Assembly: GCA_000708835.1 (NCBI GenBank)
Contig: DF237200.1
Span: 57,357 to 121,356 of the forward strand
Source of the DNA: Klebsormidium nitens
Lineage: Eukaryota > Plantae > Klebsormidiophyceae
Reading direction: 5' to 3'
DNA length: 64,000 nt
Shown here: piece by piece, positions 49,450-60,962 of the stretch
Layout: every line of letters begins with the position of its first letter
How positions within the stretch are numbered: the first letter of the stretch is position 1
Notes under the pieces: model-generated
Seen by the model: the letters and a program-made list of their open reading frames with translations, nothing else
Told to the model about the DNA's origin: nothing
Database searches by the model: none
Translations under genes and position numbers: made by a program

Positions 49450-52317
49450 ATGGATTCGCAAAAAGGCGTCGCCGTACCTAGTGAACATGAAAGCGTCGCT
49501 GGAGAGGGCATCACTTTTGAATCCTTCCAGGATATCTTCTCACAAGTTGTGCGGGAGCTCAATGGTTCCGTCATAGCAGGCCAGGAGGAAAGGCCCGGTT
49601 TCGAGGAAGTAGTCACTGTCAGCATTCCTGGTGGCTCAGGGCCGGTGCAAGTTAATCTGCCACTTATGCACAGGAATTCTGCGTATAGAGCTTTATGTTC
49701 AGAAACGGATTTGAAGGATTGCGCTGCAGCCTTGAGATCTCTGCTCAGTAACCTCGCTCGCGACAAGCCAAGCAGGTCCCATGGGCCAGATAGACTTATG
49801 CTTGCAGTCTTAACCAGAAGCAGAGCAGAGGCGATCTGCAGGAGCAAAGGGGAATTTTGCGTATACGACAGCTCTCAGGACGAAAATGCAGAAGAACGGC
49901 AGCAAAGCAGCATGGATCCCGAAAGTTCGATTGAGCCCGCGGATTCCGCCTCAAACTTAGAGGGGCGGCTTGTTGTGCAGAGCTTCAGCTGCCGAAGTGG
50001 AGACCTTTTGAAAGCTCTGGCATTGAAGATGTCCTATGGTAGACTTTGGATCACGGACATTAACCTGCACTTCTTTGGCCTCTCAGAGTCGCGTGCGTTC
50101 GAGATCGCTGTTAAGAACATAGAAGAAGCAACTCCTTCGCCTCTTGAAAGCCACTTCGCTCTTTTGGACGACCAAAGAGACCTGGAGGCTCTTGACGAAA
50201 GGTTGAAGCAGGACTCTTATAAAGTCTGCTGCTTCCGATCCTCCAGAGGGACTCCTGTCTTCGTTTGGGTGCATTTCGACGATCATCTCACACCTGCTCG
50301 GCTGATCCTACCGCGATTCATCGAGTGCCTGGCAGGAGCTTTGGGGTGTGCCGCCACTAGTACAGTCGTCATACCTTTCTCGAAGACTGAGGTATACGCG
50401 GGTAATTGTGAGAGCTGGGAGAGCATGTGGTTTCTGGGGGACGAGATGGCGCTGGAGGAGAACGTGGATCAGATTGAGAACCCAGCAGGCTCTGGTCACT
50501 TGACAACACGGCCGTATCGGGTAAATACATCAACGCCTCTTTCCGCACTCTTTACTGCCAATCAAATAGTGACGAATTCAAGTGAGGTGTTCTTCTCACA
50601 TATCTAAGATATGAATTCGCGCTGAGAGATAATCAATACTCAAGTTAAGCAGTACGTCTTTTGCCTGACTTTTGCATGCAACGATGACTCGAAGGTCTTT
50701 CGGACTTTCTGCAAATGACCGTCCGCTTCATTTCAGCATTGGCTGTTTTTAGGGGAATCTGAGGCCCTTCCGTTCAACCCTCAAGTATTAGTCGGCTTTA
50801 GATGATTTTGGCAAGAGAACGTTGCACATCCATGTAGTCGAATGATACGAATAATCCTAGCCTTCTTACCTGCACCCATCTCTGGGTCGTTTAGCACAAC
50901 CTGACCTCATTCTCTCTATAAAAAACTCGAAACGACGAGACTCGAAGTCTTACGAGCAGCAAAGTAACATTCAAATAAGGTAATCTAAAGCAGATGGCAG
51001 GTTTGAGTCCAAATCTCGAAGCAAACTGACTGAGTGAAACTCGTATCACCCCAACGAGCAAGGAAGGTGTGACGTCTCTTTCAGGTGACAAAGCTTTGCA
51101 ACGACCAAGGCCTGGTGGAGCTCGAGCCTTACCCGGTGTGGGGGGGTACTCTGGGACTGCAGATCTGGGAGGGGCCGGTCAGAAAGACCTTGTACCCCGT
51201 TCCAAAGACCGAAGATGAGTCGGAGAATCTCGACCCGTACACGGCAGAGGACCGGGGATTCGTCTGCGAACTGGTGGAGGAGTCCGCATGCTTTGCTGAC
51301 GTCTGCTGGAACGTAAGAGTATATAAGCTCCTTGTGTACTCAGCTCAGGCGTACTGTGTGGTTTAAAGATATAAACGGTTCTTCATGAAAGTCTTTTGTG
51401 CGCTTCCGGAGAATAGGAAGGGTTTTCTATGAAAGCTTTTTGCAAAATCAAGTGCCAAAGCACGTAGGCATTAGTAAAGCTGAGTCTCACCTTCGGCTTC
51501 ATCTATGATAAAGGCCGTATCCTTTCTCTTGCGGTGGACTTTGTAAAGCTGTCTAACGTCTTCGCGGCGTCTTCCAAAAATCTTTAAAGGATGAATGACA
51601 GACAAAAGGTCTGTAGATCATCAAGAAAGCGCGTCGGATGCGGACCTGAAAGCTCTAGCTCGCCTTCTGTGTTTCAACTAGATCGGTCTGGGCGCCGATG
51701 CTCGTCCTTACCTACGTCGCTTGATCGTTTGTTTCGATGTCCAGCGAAGCTGTTTTTATTTTCGGTCGCAGTGCAAGACGAAGCCTGAGGGAGCTAAACT
51801 GTTAAAGTGCGGCAAGTGCGGGGACGTGAGGTACTGCTCAAAAGGTGGGACGTGTGAAACGCTGGTTCTAGCCTTGCTTAACAATCTGAGGTGGTAAAGA
51901 ATGCAGAGCATGACTTTACAAAGATTTCGTAACGTTGTACCCGTATGTTCAGCTTATGTTTGTTGCATTCGATCCAACGTCCTCATATCATTGGAGCTAG
52001 GTCCAATACCGCTTTTCATGGCAGGACACAATACGACGAATTCAGCCAACCTGCCTCGACTTGTTGAGGCAAGACAGTAAGGATTGCTGGATTGTTCCGA
52101 CTTTGCTTCTCTTTTTGCAGAGTGCCAGAAGCTGAGCTGGCAGAAAGACCACAAGCTCGAGTGCGACGCACGGAAGCAAGCAGCACAAGGGTCCCGGGCG
52201 GTCAAGGCTGGCAAAAAGAAGAAAGCGGCACAGAAGGGGCAGACGGATCATGAGAAAGAGGTCAGAGAGAGGCTTGCGCAAACAATAGCAGAGAATCTTA
52301 AGGACGTCGACTCTTGA
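49450..52317 (+). CDS. DUF1444-like/zf-MYND copy C, 522 aa, 4 exons
   Basis: Exons 49450-50520, 51085-51312, 51772-51844, 52121-52317. MYND finger VCWNC-KTKPEGAKLLKCGKCGDVRYCSKECQKLSWQKDHKLEC. Intron positions are the same as in copies A and B. Confidence 0.87.
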
Positions 52318-53535
52318 TTGAGTGTGGGGTTTTGGCGCACAATATATGCGCGGTCTTCATTTACACCTTGTGATGTGTCACTTGAAATACAGTTAGTTTC
52401 AGAGAACAGTTTCTGACGGAAATCTGGTTGTTAACATGGACTCGCCTACAGACCTGAAGCATTTTTCAATCGGAGTACATTTGTTCGCGCTCTTAATTTG
52501 CAAATTTGAGAACACAGGATCCGTTTTTCAAAGCCATGCATCGGTCTAAGACTCTTTCTTCTTTATTAAGTTTGTAACGCGATCTAGTTTTGCAACAGAA
52601 ACAATGGTATAGATGGATCATGGAGCAACGTACCTGAGCCTATATGGGTGGAATGACATCATTGAAAGTTTGAAGCTACCTCGAGCGCATGTGCCACCAC
52701 AAGTGCAAATCTCTGTGAGCGCAGCTGGGCGGGCAAGCATGCAACCGGTTTCTTCTAGCTGCATATCAGACATGCATGCCGTTACAGTGACACCAATGAT
52801 GTCGGCCGCCGAGCGCCGTACAGTCGGCCGCTTTTACACGGTCGGGGCTGGCTGATGCTATGGTTGTATACTACTGTGACCCGGGTCCAACGTCACAATC
52901 GGTCGACGTTGAATCGATTGAAAGCTCATTCGATTACTGATTGACACCAAGGCCTGCCGCACTATTTTCATGGCCCCGAACAGTTCTCTAATCACCCCAA
53001 GAACTCATGCAGATATCTCTGATTTACATGCAACGACCGGATGCCAAGGTGGTGAGGAGCCGTAAGGCAGCCGCCGCAGAAGTCTGTACAGCATTTTCCG
53101 CAGCGGTATAGGAACTTGGCTCGGTGGACCAAAGCCTGGCGGGACAGCGGGGTGGCCGAGGGGGAGCGCTCCAGGAAGGGCGCTGTGCGGTCCAACTCAG
53201 GAACGCCGTCCCAAGAGCTCCAGACAGTCTCCGCACAATTCTGCGGCAACATTCGCAACACTCTGTCCACTTCCAATCAAGGGCCCTGGGCACCACTCTG
53301 GATGAAGATGAAGAGGAATATACTCATTCTGCACAGCTTTTGACGCAGATCAACACCGCTGCGCTTTGCTGCTACCGGCTTGGCGAACTTGGTCTCAGGT
53401 TATGTGGCCAGAAAGGCTCGGATGTGTCCCTCCTAGGTCCACATAAGTATCAACACCACAACTAGAGATCGAGTTTAGATTTTACATGTTCACGCCACCA
53501 ATCGCAATCGAATCCACGCTCAATCCAGAAGCGCA

Positions 53536-56500
53536 CTATACAAGGTCGGCTTCTGCGAAGTCTTTTGAGGTCCTCCTCTGCAAGAGCGGGCTCGAAGCAT
53601 CTGGCTCGACGGGCATCTGTCTGTCGGGCTCTCGTGACTCCCGCTTGTTGCCGCATTGCAACTGAAACAAAGAATGAATGCAAGTGACGTCAGCGGTCGG
53701 ACAAGAGGAGGTGGCAAATGAGGCCACGCAGTGGACCAAGAATGCGGTGAATGATAGCGTAACAGCTAGATACTTTGCAGCAGATATGGCGTCGACTAAT
53801 TCACAGCTTGGGCCGCTTTGTGCTAAGCAAGTCGAAAAGGAACCGTTAGGCGTAGTTTCCATGTTGAATGGGGGAAATATGGTTCTCGAGGTTCTCTGAC
53901 ATCTTTGTTTTGAGTTCAAACCGTCCAAAGCGAACACCGAAAAACAGGCCTCTATCAACCTGGGAGGCAAAAGGTGACATGACGCCATGCGCCCTAAGAC
54001 GCGCTCGCAAACCCGCTAGGTCAAGTCGAAGCATAAAACTCGAGTCATGTCCTTCTCGATGGCAAGCCCGCCAGGTTTGGCAGACCGCCCGCTTCCACAG
54101 CCGATTCAGAAACCCAAGGCGGAACGTTGAAGCATCATATAGAAACTCAAGACTGGGTTTCTCTTCCTGGTGTTCTACCAGTAGCTTTTGGAGGCATTCA
54201 CGTATGGCATATGCCTGCTCCTACTTGTGCCATCGACGTCACGACGGAAGACTCCCTAATCGTGCACGTGTCATGGATTGGTGCTAAGAGCCGCTTCTTC
54301 AAGAAGGCAGGGATGTCTGAATCAATGCAAAGGACACGAGTAGCAGACATGTGCGGATCACAAGCACCGGCATCAGAGTCCGAGGCGGACGGATGCTCAC
54401 GTCATCCGGGACGAGGAAAAGGAAGGCGATGGGCAGCAGGCGCGACGCGTTGCGGATGAGCACCGCGAGCCAGAGGCGCGAGAAGTCGCTCTTGGACACG
54501 CCCAGCGCGCACAGCAGCCACGCGCCCAGCCACGACCCCGAATGAGCTGCAGATTGAGCAGAGGTTTTTTCTTCTTTTTTGGGGGGGCGGGGAAGAATGA
54601 CGTGTCAAACAAGCGACCCGGTTGAGGGCTACGCCGAGGGGCCTATTCATCGCCTTGGAAAAGTTAAGATTATGAGCACTGCTAATCATGGGCGAACTAT
54701 TGGCTAATCCGTGTGGAGTAGGGTTCGTGAGTCACTCCGGCTCCTCAACTTCGGTTTAGGAGTTGCTCTGAAAGAAGTCATAGTGCTCGATTTATGCAAA
54801 CTCAATCGGACTTCGAACGGCTCTGGTCCAATGAGCAGCTCAAAAGCGGAACCTCGTTTACATCTCTGGCACAGCCGACCTCTTCATCGGATGACGTTAG
54901 AGGCAAACCTTTAAGACAACGTACTCCACCTTGTGCATGAGTACTGATATTCAACCCTAGCTTTCCACCCCTCAAATCTTCACGCCGCACGTAGTTGTAA
55001 CACGCTCGCTCACCTCCAAAGTTGGACACGGACATGAGCAGCGCGAAGAGCGTCCCCTCGATGCCAGGTGGCACGATCCTAGCGGCCAACACGTAGACCG
55101 GCATCATGCACAGCCGTTTGAACGCGCGCGAGACGGCCTCGTCCCCGAGCACGAAAATGTGGTCGGGGATGCCTAACCGGAGGCTAACCCGGGTTACAAG
55201 CAGCAGGTCCAACATGCCTGGGGGAAGCAACCGGAAGGGGTCGAGGGATATTTCAATATTACAATTACTCCGGACGAAGCCACCAATGGACTAGATCACG
55301 TGCTTCGTGTTGCCAAAACCTGGCTTCTTTTGCAGATGCTGTCACGAGGATGGGGTGCTGCCAGCATCTTTATCGAAGTTTCCATCCTGCTGTCACATAT
55401 GCCTGTAGATTATTCTTTCGCTGGGTTTCCATAAATTTCTCCCGCTCATTCCTTTCCTCATCATCGTTCCGCTTGGCTCTCTACGTCTCCTTTCTACTTG
55501 CATCCTCTGATCCTGCTCTTCCCACTTCCTTTTCTCTTACTTAGTTTCTGGTCAGTTGGAACTTCCATCAATCACTCACACAGATCCCGTCGCTATTGCC
55601 TTCTCTTGGTCAACTGGGCCCGCTAAAGATTCACCTACAAGAACGGAAAGGTATTTACGTCCGCTCACCAATAAACGCGAGCAGCAGCTGCGCATACAGA
55701 AACACGCGGCGGTAAGTGAAGTCTTTCAGGTACCGGTTGTAGACCGCCACGCCGACGAGCATGCCGGCGTATCCGACGGTGTAAATCGCCCCCACGAACG
55801 TCTCAGAGAAGCCGGGGCCGACTCCTGAGGTGTCTGTATACCTGGTCACAGCAAACGGGGTTTAGGAGGTTTCTTGAAGTTCGCTTTGTGTTCTGTGTCT
55901 GGATCTTTGGTAGACATAGCTTCTTGCTTGTGGGCTAGAAACATTGCAAGGTTACTCCTTGAACTCCATTAGGCGACACTCGGAAAACTCGATGGAATGG
56001 GGAGTGACGACAAACGGATCAAGGTCCAAAGTCTGCGGCAGAAAGTCAAAAGGCACGGCTGGCTTTTCAAAACGACAACGCTTAACAGCTGGGAGTCTGC
56101 AGAAAATCTGGTCAGGCGAGACGGCAACATCTGCAAAGAGCAACACTATTGCTTGTGGCCCGCTCACCAGAAGAACTTTGCGTCGCTGACGTCCGGGCAG
56201 ATGGCCTGCATAGCGTATATGTACAGAGCGGGCTTCCAGAGCACGGGGTCCGCTGCGGTGGTCGCCAGGAGCCTTATGGACCGCCATAAGCGCGCGACGC
56301 CCGTTTCTACAAAAGGGAATCATAAGATCAGAGCTTTGAAAGAAACGACATGGCGATGTTACCTGCGGGTTGGTACACTTCGATGATCGCTTCAGAGGAT
56401 GAGGAACGCGTGTCCTGTCCTACCAGTATTGTGCAAACCTGTGCCTGGGAAATCACTATGCTATCTGGAGTCAACTGCGATTCTCGTACAGCTTACTGCG

Positions 56501-59210
56501 TCGGACTGAATGCGCGGCCGGTTGCGATGTCGATCCAACGTAGCCCAGACTGGGGTGCGAATCGTGTAGTCAAAACGGCGTTGCCTTGGCGAGCAAACGA
56601 TTGTCGGTGGCACCGGTTTCTCCAGCACCTTCGCTGGACAGTCTGCTCTCAAGACTTCAGATCTACTTCCGAAGCAATCTCGAAGAAATAGGGGGTGGAT
56701 AAACAGTCTCACCTTGGTCCCCCTGCCGGGGCTCCACTCGTTGGTCGGGGAACCACCAAGAGGCGACGAAGAGCGTCAGGGAAGACAGCGACAGCAGGCC
56801 GAACGTCCCCCGGGGCTTCAGATACTCGACGGCACTCCCGCTGATGCTGTAGCCGAGCAAACCCCCCAGCGCGAAACTGGACCAACCCAGGCCCTGCAGG
56901 GGGGGTGAGCATGTAGTAGGTTACAGAGTGTAGCGAGCCCCCCAAACAACACTGGACCAACCCAGCTGGCCCCCTGCAGGGGCGGCCAATGTGTTCTGGT
57001 CATGACATTCACGGGCTCGCGAGAACGACCTCAGAGCAAGAGTGATCCGTGCAGATTCGGTATGCGAGTTCCTTATGCTCTGATTCGTCTTAAGGCTTAC
57101 GCAATTTGAAACTAGGTATCGCAACGATTTCTACGTTCTCGAGAGCTTAAGAAGATGACCTCTTTCAGCAGGATTGAGTGCTGTAGGTCAGAGACCATTC
57201 AAAATTTTCCTTCTTGAGAGTGGATTTTGGATCATTTCAGAAAGTGTTCGAAAAGCTGAACAACAACCAAGCACTGCTGTCGTACGATTTTTTTGTGGGG
57301 TTTGGGATGGTGATGCAACAACCACGATTGAAACGAAGATTGCCAACATGCCAAAGGACCGAAACCTGGGAAAGAGAGGAGTAAAGCTGGGAACAAGCAG
57401 AAGAGCTACGCACCTGCAAGTCCCCTGCAAGCTTTGGGTGCGAGCGACTTCGAACAGCAATCGACGCGTCAATGACAACGTCCGGAAGCGCAATCGCCAC
57501 GTTCGTCCCGCACAGAACGAGCAGCGCGCTGAGCACGCCCAGGGACTTGTCCAGGGCCACCCACCACCAGCAGACAGTGCCCAGGAGGCCTGCAAATGTA
57601 CCCGGGGGATGGTCAACTGGGACTTTTAGGGGGGTGTTCTTCTTCGGATCCCGGGGGGTGGTCAACCGGGGACTCGTAGGGAGAGTTTTGCTAGCAGACT
57701 TGGCACATACTTGCCCGGAGGATGGTCAACCGGACGAATCTGGGGGAATCCGTGTACTCAGAAACGATGCCCAGGGCGCCTGCAGAAGTGCCCAGGGGAT
57801 GATCTACCGGGGAGATTGGGTGGTCGGATTCGTTGAACGCAACGTCTGATTGAGCGGCAGATCTCCGAACCATTTCACAGCTGGAAGCGTAACATCTTAC
57901 CAAGCGCGAAGCCTGGAGAGTTGCCTGACAGTTGGTGATTTGAGGGCCTGTCTATTTGGTAGGTACTCAAAAAAGGGCGCGCTGTAGGATGTTCTCATTG
58001 AACACTTTTTGGAGGCAACTCAAAGACATGTGATTGTTATACTAGGAGACCGAAGCTATCTTGAGACTGGACTGATTTGCCTTAAGATTCTTCTTCCAAG
58101 GGAGTGAAGGAACTCACCGGCCAAGGCTATGTATGGCTGCCGATGATACCCCGCTATCGCAAAGCTGTCGGTTGTGAGCCCGTAGATCGGTTTCACATCC
58201 CAGGGTAGCTCTGCAATGGCAGCGTAGGCTTGCAGCTCAGAGGGTTGGACCTGTACGAGAAACCTTTCACAGCTCAAGAACTCGAATGGCCAAGAAGGGT
58301 CAACCGGTATACCTTTCTTCCTTCCTCTGCAAACCTTGTATAGCTACTTCTCTTCTTTTGCTCCTTGAAGGGGCCTAGGAAGCAACATGATATGGATTCA
58401 AAGGAAGACGGGTTGATGAAAGGGATTCTAGGACAATGCTATATACAGAAACTATACCCTGCATTTGTATATTGATGGCATGGTCAACCTTCCTTATGAA
58501 CCTTCCTCCCAACTTTTGGTTTTGAAACAAACAATCAAACCCCCAACAAAGGAACGACCTGCCGCCGTGCCTCCCACACCACATTGCAACAAATTGCGCT
58601 GTTTATGAACATGATACCTTTGTCTGACCCTGAATGGAAAGAAGAGGAGACCTGAAAAGTTTAGAAGGAGCGTACAAATGTTGTATAAACTGATTCAGTC
58701 CCGAATTTTTCTCCCAACGGAGACTTCCTGAGATTGTCAAAAAGCTGCCCCCTTCCACCCACCTTCATGTCATCCTTCCAGTAGTACTTCTGCGTGACGC
58801 TCCCCATCATTGCAACAATCCCCTACTATGACTAGGAAGGAACACTGAAATCCCTTCTCAATCCAAGATTCCTGACACATTCAATTGAGTCAGTTGCTTC
58901 GACCCACCTTCATGTCGTCCTTCCAATAGTACTTCTGCGTAACGCTCCCCAGCGTCTCGGCAATCCCCTGCGAAATGCCGTATGCCACCGCCACTGAGGC
59001 CACGAACGGCGTCCCAAACGCCTCCCTTAACCTGTTGAGCCACAGCAATAAGTCCAGGAAGGGCTGGGTGACATCACTGATGACCCGGGCCGTCCAGCTA
59101 GCATTCTTAGACTTCGCTGACTTGTCTGCGTCGTCCCCAAGAGAAGGGAAGGCGTCATGATCGATTGCTGTAATAAGATTCGAGCTGGATTCCCCCGGGG
59201 GAGGATCCAT
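53536..59210 (-). CDS. Folate-biopterin transporter (BT1/FBT family, MFS), 526 aa, 9 exons
   Basis: Exons 58908-59210, 58118-58250, 57414-57589, 56713-56893, 56168-56306, 55669-55841, 55014-55217, 54401-54546, 53536-53661 (1581 nt, phases consistent). Motifs [73 protein letters not shown]. Confidence 0.9.
57601..57815. repeat. Four degenerate ~23-bp direct repeats (cccgggggatggtcaactgggac) in a BT1 intron
   Basis: Copies start at 57601, 57650, 57713 and 57791. Confidence 0.7.
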
Positions 59211-59869
59211 TGTTTGCCAGGGCCTTCGCTCCAGTTTCTTGGTTGTCAATCTAGCAGAGTGGTTGCGGGGGTGAACAAGTTGACGTATGGCAACCCTTGA
59301 GAGGCCCTTTTAATTGCTTGCGGGGCTCCAAGCTATCAGGATCAGCGACGGCGGTGTGAAACTTAAGTGTACACCATTTGGTCTCAGTAAGGCATGCAAT
59401 GGATTCCCGCAGCTCTGGCAGCTCCTAATGGCTCTAGCTGCACATCCTCGTAGGATTCTCCCACGGCAAACACTGTGCTTTGTCTCCCCGTTTTGCATGC
59501 TCAAACAATGCTACAGCAGGTAACCTGGGAGCACGCAATGGAGAAGCATCTTCCCCTGAAGGCTGAATGCAGACAATGCGCAAAATGGTAATTACCTGTA
59601 CGTGCACAACCAAAGGACCAGCCTGAGCATGGGATGGCTGCCAGCTAGTGGACTGCTTTTTCATTGGGCCGAGATTCGACCCGATGAATCGGACGGCTGA
59701 GCTTCGACGGAATTGAAGCTCGACCCGAATCATAAGCAAAGAAGCTATGTTCGTCTTGATGTCTTTCAGAAGAGCTTTTTGGCGCAAGGTCGCCCGCTAG
59801 GAATTTTGCGTCTTTTTCTTCTGGGCGGCATTGCCGATTTGAGAGGATGCCAGCATCCAGAAAGTCCCC

Positions 59870-60961
59870 ATGGCCTCTACTTCAGGACATGCAGCTGTTG
59901 TGAACCTCCAAGAAGCGCTCGGGTACAATGGCTTACCTCTGGCACGTTTCAACGCGCCTGCCAGTCTGCTCCAGAACCCAATCTATCGGAAGTCGCTTCT
60001 GAGCTTGGTGGGCAGAAGTCGAAGGGCCCTGGATGCGGGAGAACGGGAGTCAGTCTGGGAGCCGAGGCAAGAGTTTCTCCAGCTCATGCACGAGGGAAAT
60101 GGCGACAGTCTGCTGAACACTCTTAGCTGGGCAGCAGAGGTTTGCTATCGGACCAATGGAATTCGTGCGGAAGACGTCGAGCTCCTGCTGAAGCTGGTCT
60201 CATTCCTGGAAGAGTACCTCAGAGTGCCGCAGCTCTTGTCCACGAATGTGCGCATTGACATCAACCTGAGGCAGAAGGCCAGACAGAATCAGGAACGCTG
60301 GGGCGAGTACAACAGAAGTCTGCGTCAGCATGAGAAGGACTGCTTCTCCCAGAGAGTCAAGCCGCTGCTAGAAGTCAAGGGCTATGCTCCGGAAGATGTT
60401 ACAGATCTGCTGGAGGTAGAGTGGGAAGAGTTCTGCTCTAAGAGAGAGAAGGCACGTGACAAGTACTTCGAGCAGACCGGAAACCCGAGCTTTCCGCCGT
60501 GGCCCAAGGGGAGGCTCACCTTTGAAGAAAGGGCCTTCGGGCACACGCTGGCGCTCGGCCTTGAGGCAGGTCACGGCAACAACTGGCAGCTTCTCTCGCA
60601 GCTGACGTCCCCAACCTTCCCAAACGAGCTCTCCAAAGAAGAATACGTGCGTCTGGCTGTGATCGAACTCCTGGAAGACGCAAACCAGCGCGAGCAGACG
60701 GAGGTCTACATTCCGCGGTTAGGGGAACTGACGCGAGCGGAAAAGGCAGAGCTGCGTCTTCTGCGCACGAGAATTCTAGACGGCCGCGAGCTCCGCTGGG
60801 CGGAATTCCGGAGCAGGAAGGGGGAACAGTACCCAAACCAGCTCACCTCGGTGCAGCTCCTGGCTTTGGCAGCGGGGCTGCCGTCGACGGTGAGAGAAGC
60901 GGAAGACGGAACGGCCGCGGAAGGAGCGGAAACGGAGTACTTCTCGGCGCAGGAAGATTGA
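59870..60961 (+). CDS. Intronless hypothetical protein, 363 aa, probably mobile-element derived
   Basis: Long stop-free ORF with protein-like composition and no recognised motif. Intronless in an otherwise intron-dense window, and followed 1 nt later by another ORF. Confidence 0.5.
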   Translation: MASTSGHAAVVNLQEALGYNGLPLARFNAPASLLQNPIYRKSLLSLVGRSRRALDAGERESVWEPRQEFLQLMHEGNGDSLLNTLSWAAEVCYRTNGIRAEDVELLLKLVSFLEEYLRVPQLLSTNVRIDINLRQKARQNQERWGEYNRSLRQHEKDCFSQRVKPLLEVKGYAPEDVTDLLEVEWEEFCSKREKARDKYFEQTGNPSFPPWPKGRLTFEERAFGHTLALGLEAGHGNNWQLLSQLTSPTFPNELSKEEYVRLAVIELLEDANQREQTEVYIPRLGELTRAEKAELRLLRTRILDGRELRWAEFRSRKGEQYPNQLTSVQLLALAAGLPSTVREAEDGTAAEGAETEYFSAQED

Positions 60962-60962
60962 G

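Noticed and set aside
52992-53465. Short ORFs with Cys/His clusters (e.g. CTDFCGGCLTAPHHLG)
   Set aside because: No consistent zinc-finger spacing or splice support. The region is best explained as BT1 3' UTR or intergenic DNA.
57601-57815. CRISPR-like repeat-spacer appearance
   Set aside because: Eukaryotic intron, degenerate repeats, irregular spacers and no cas genes.
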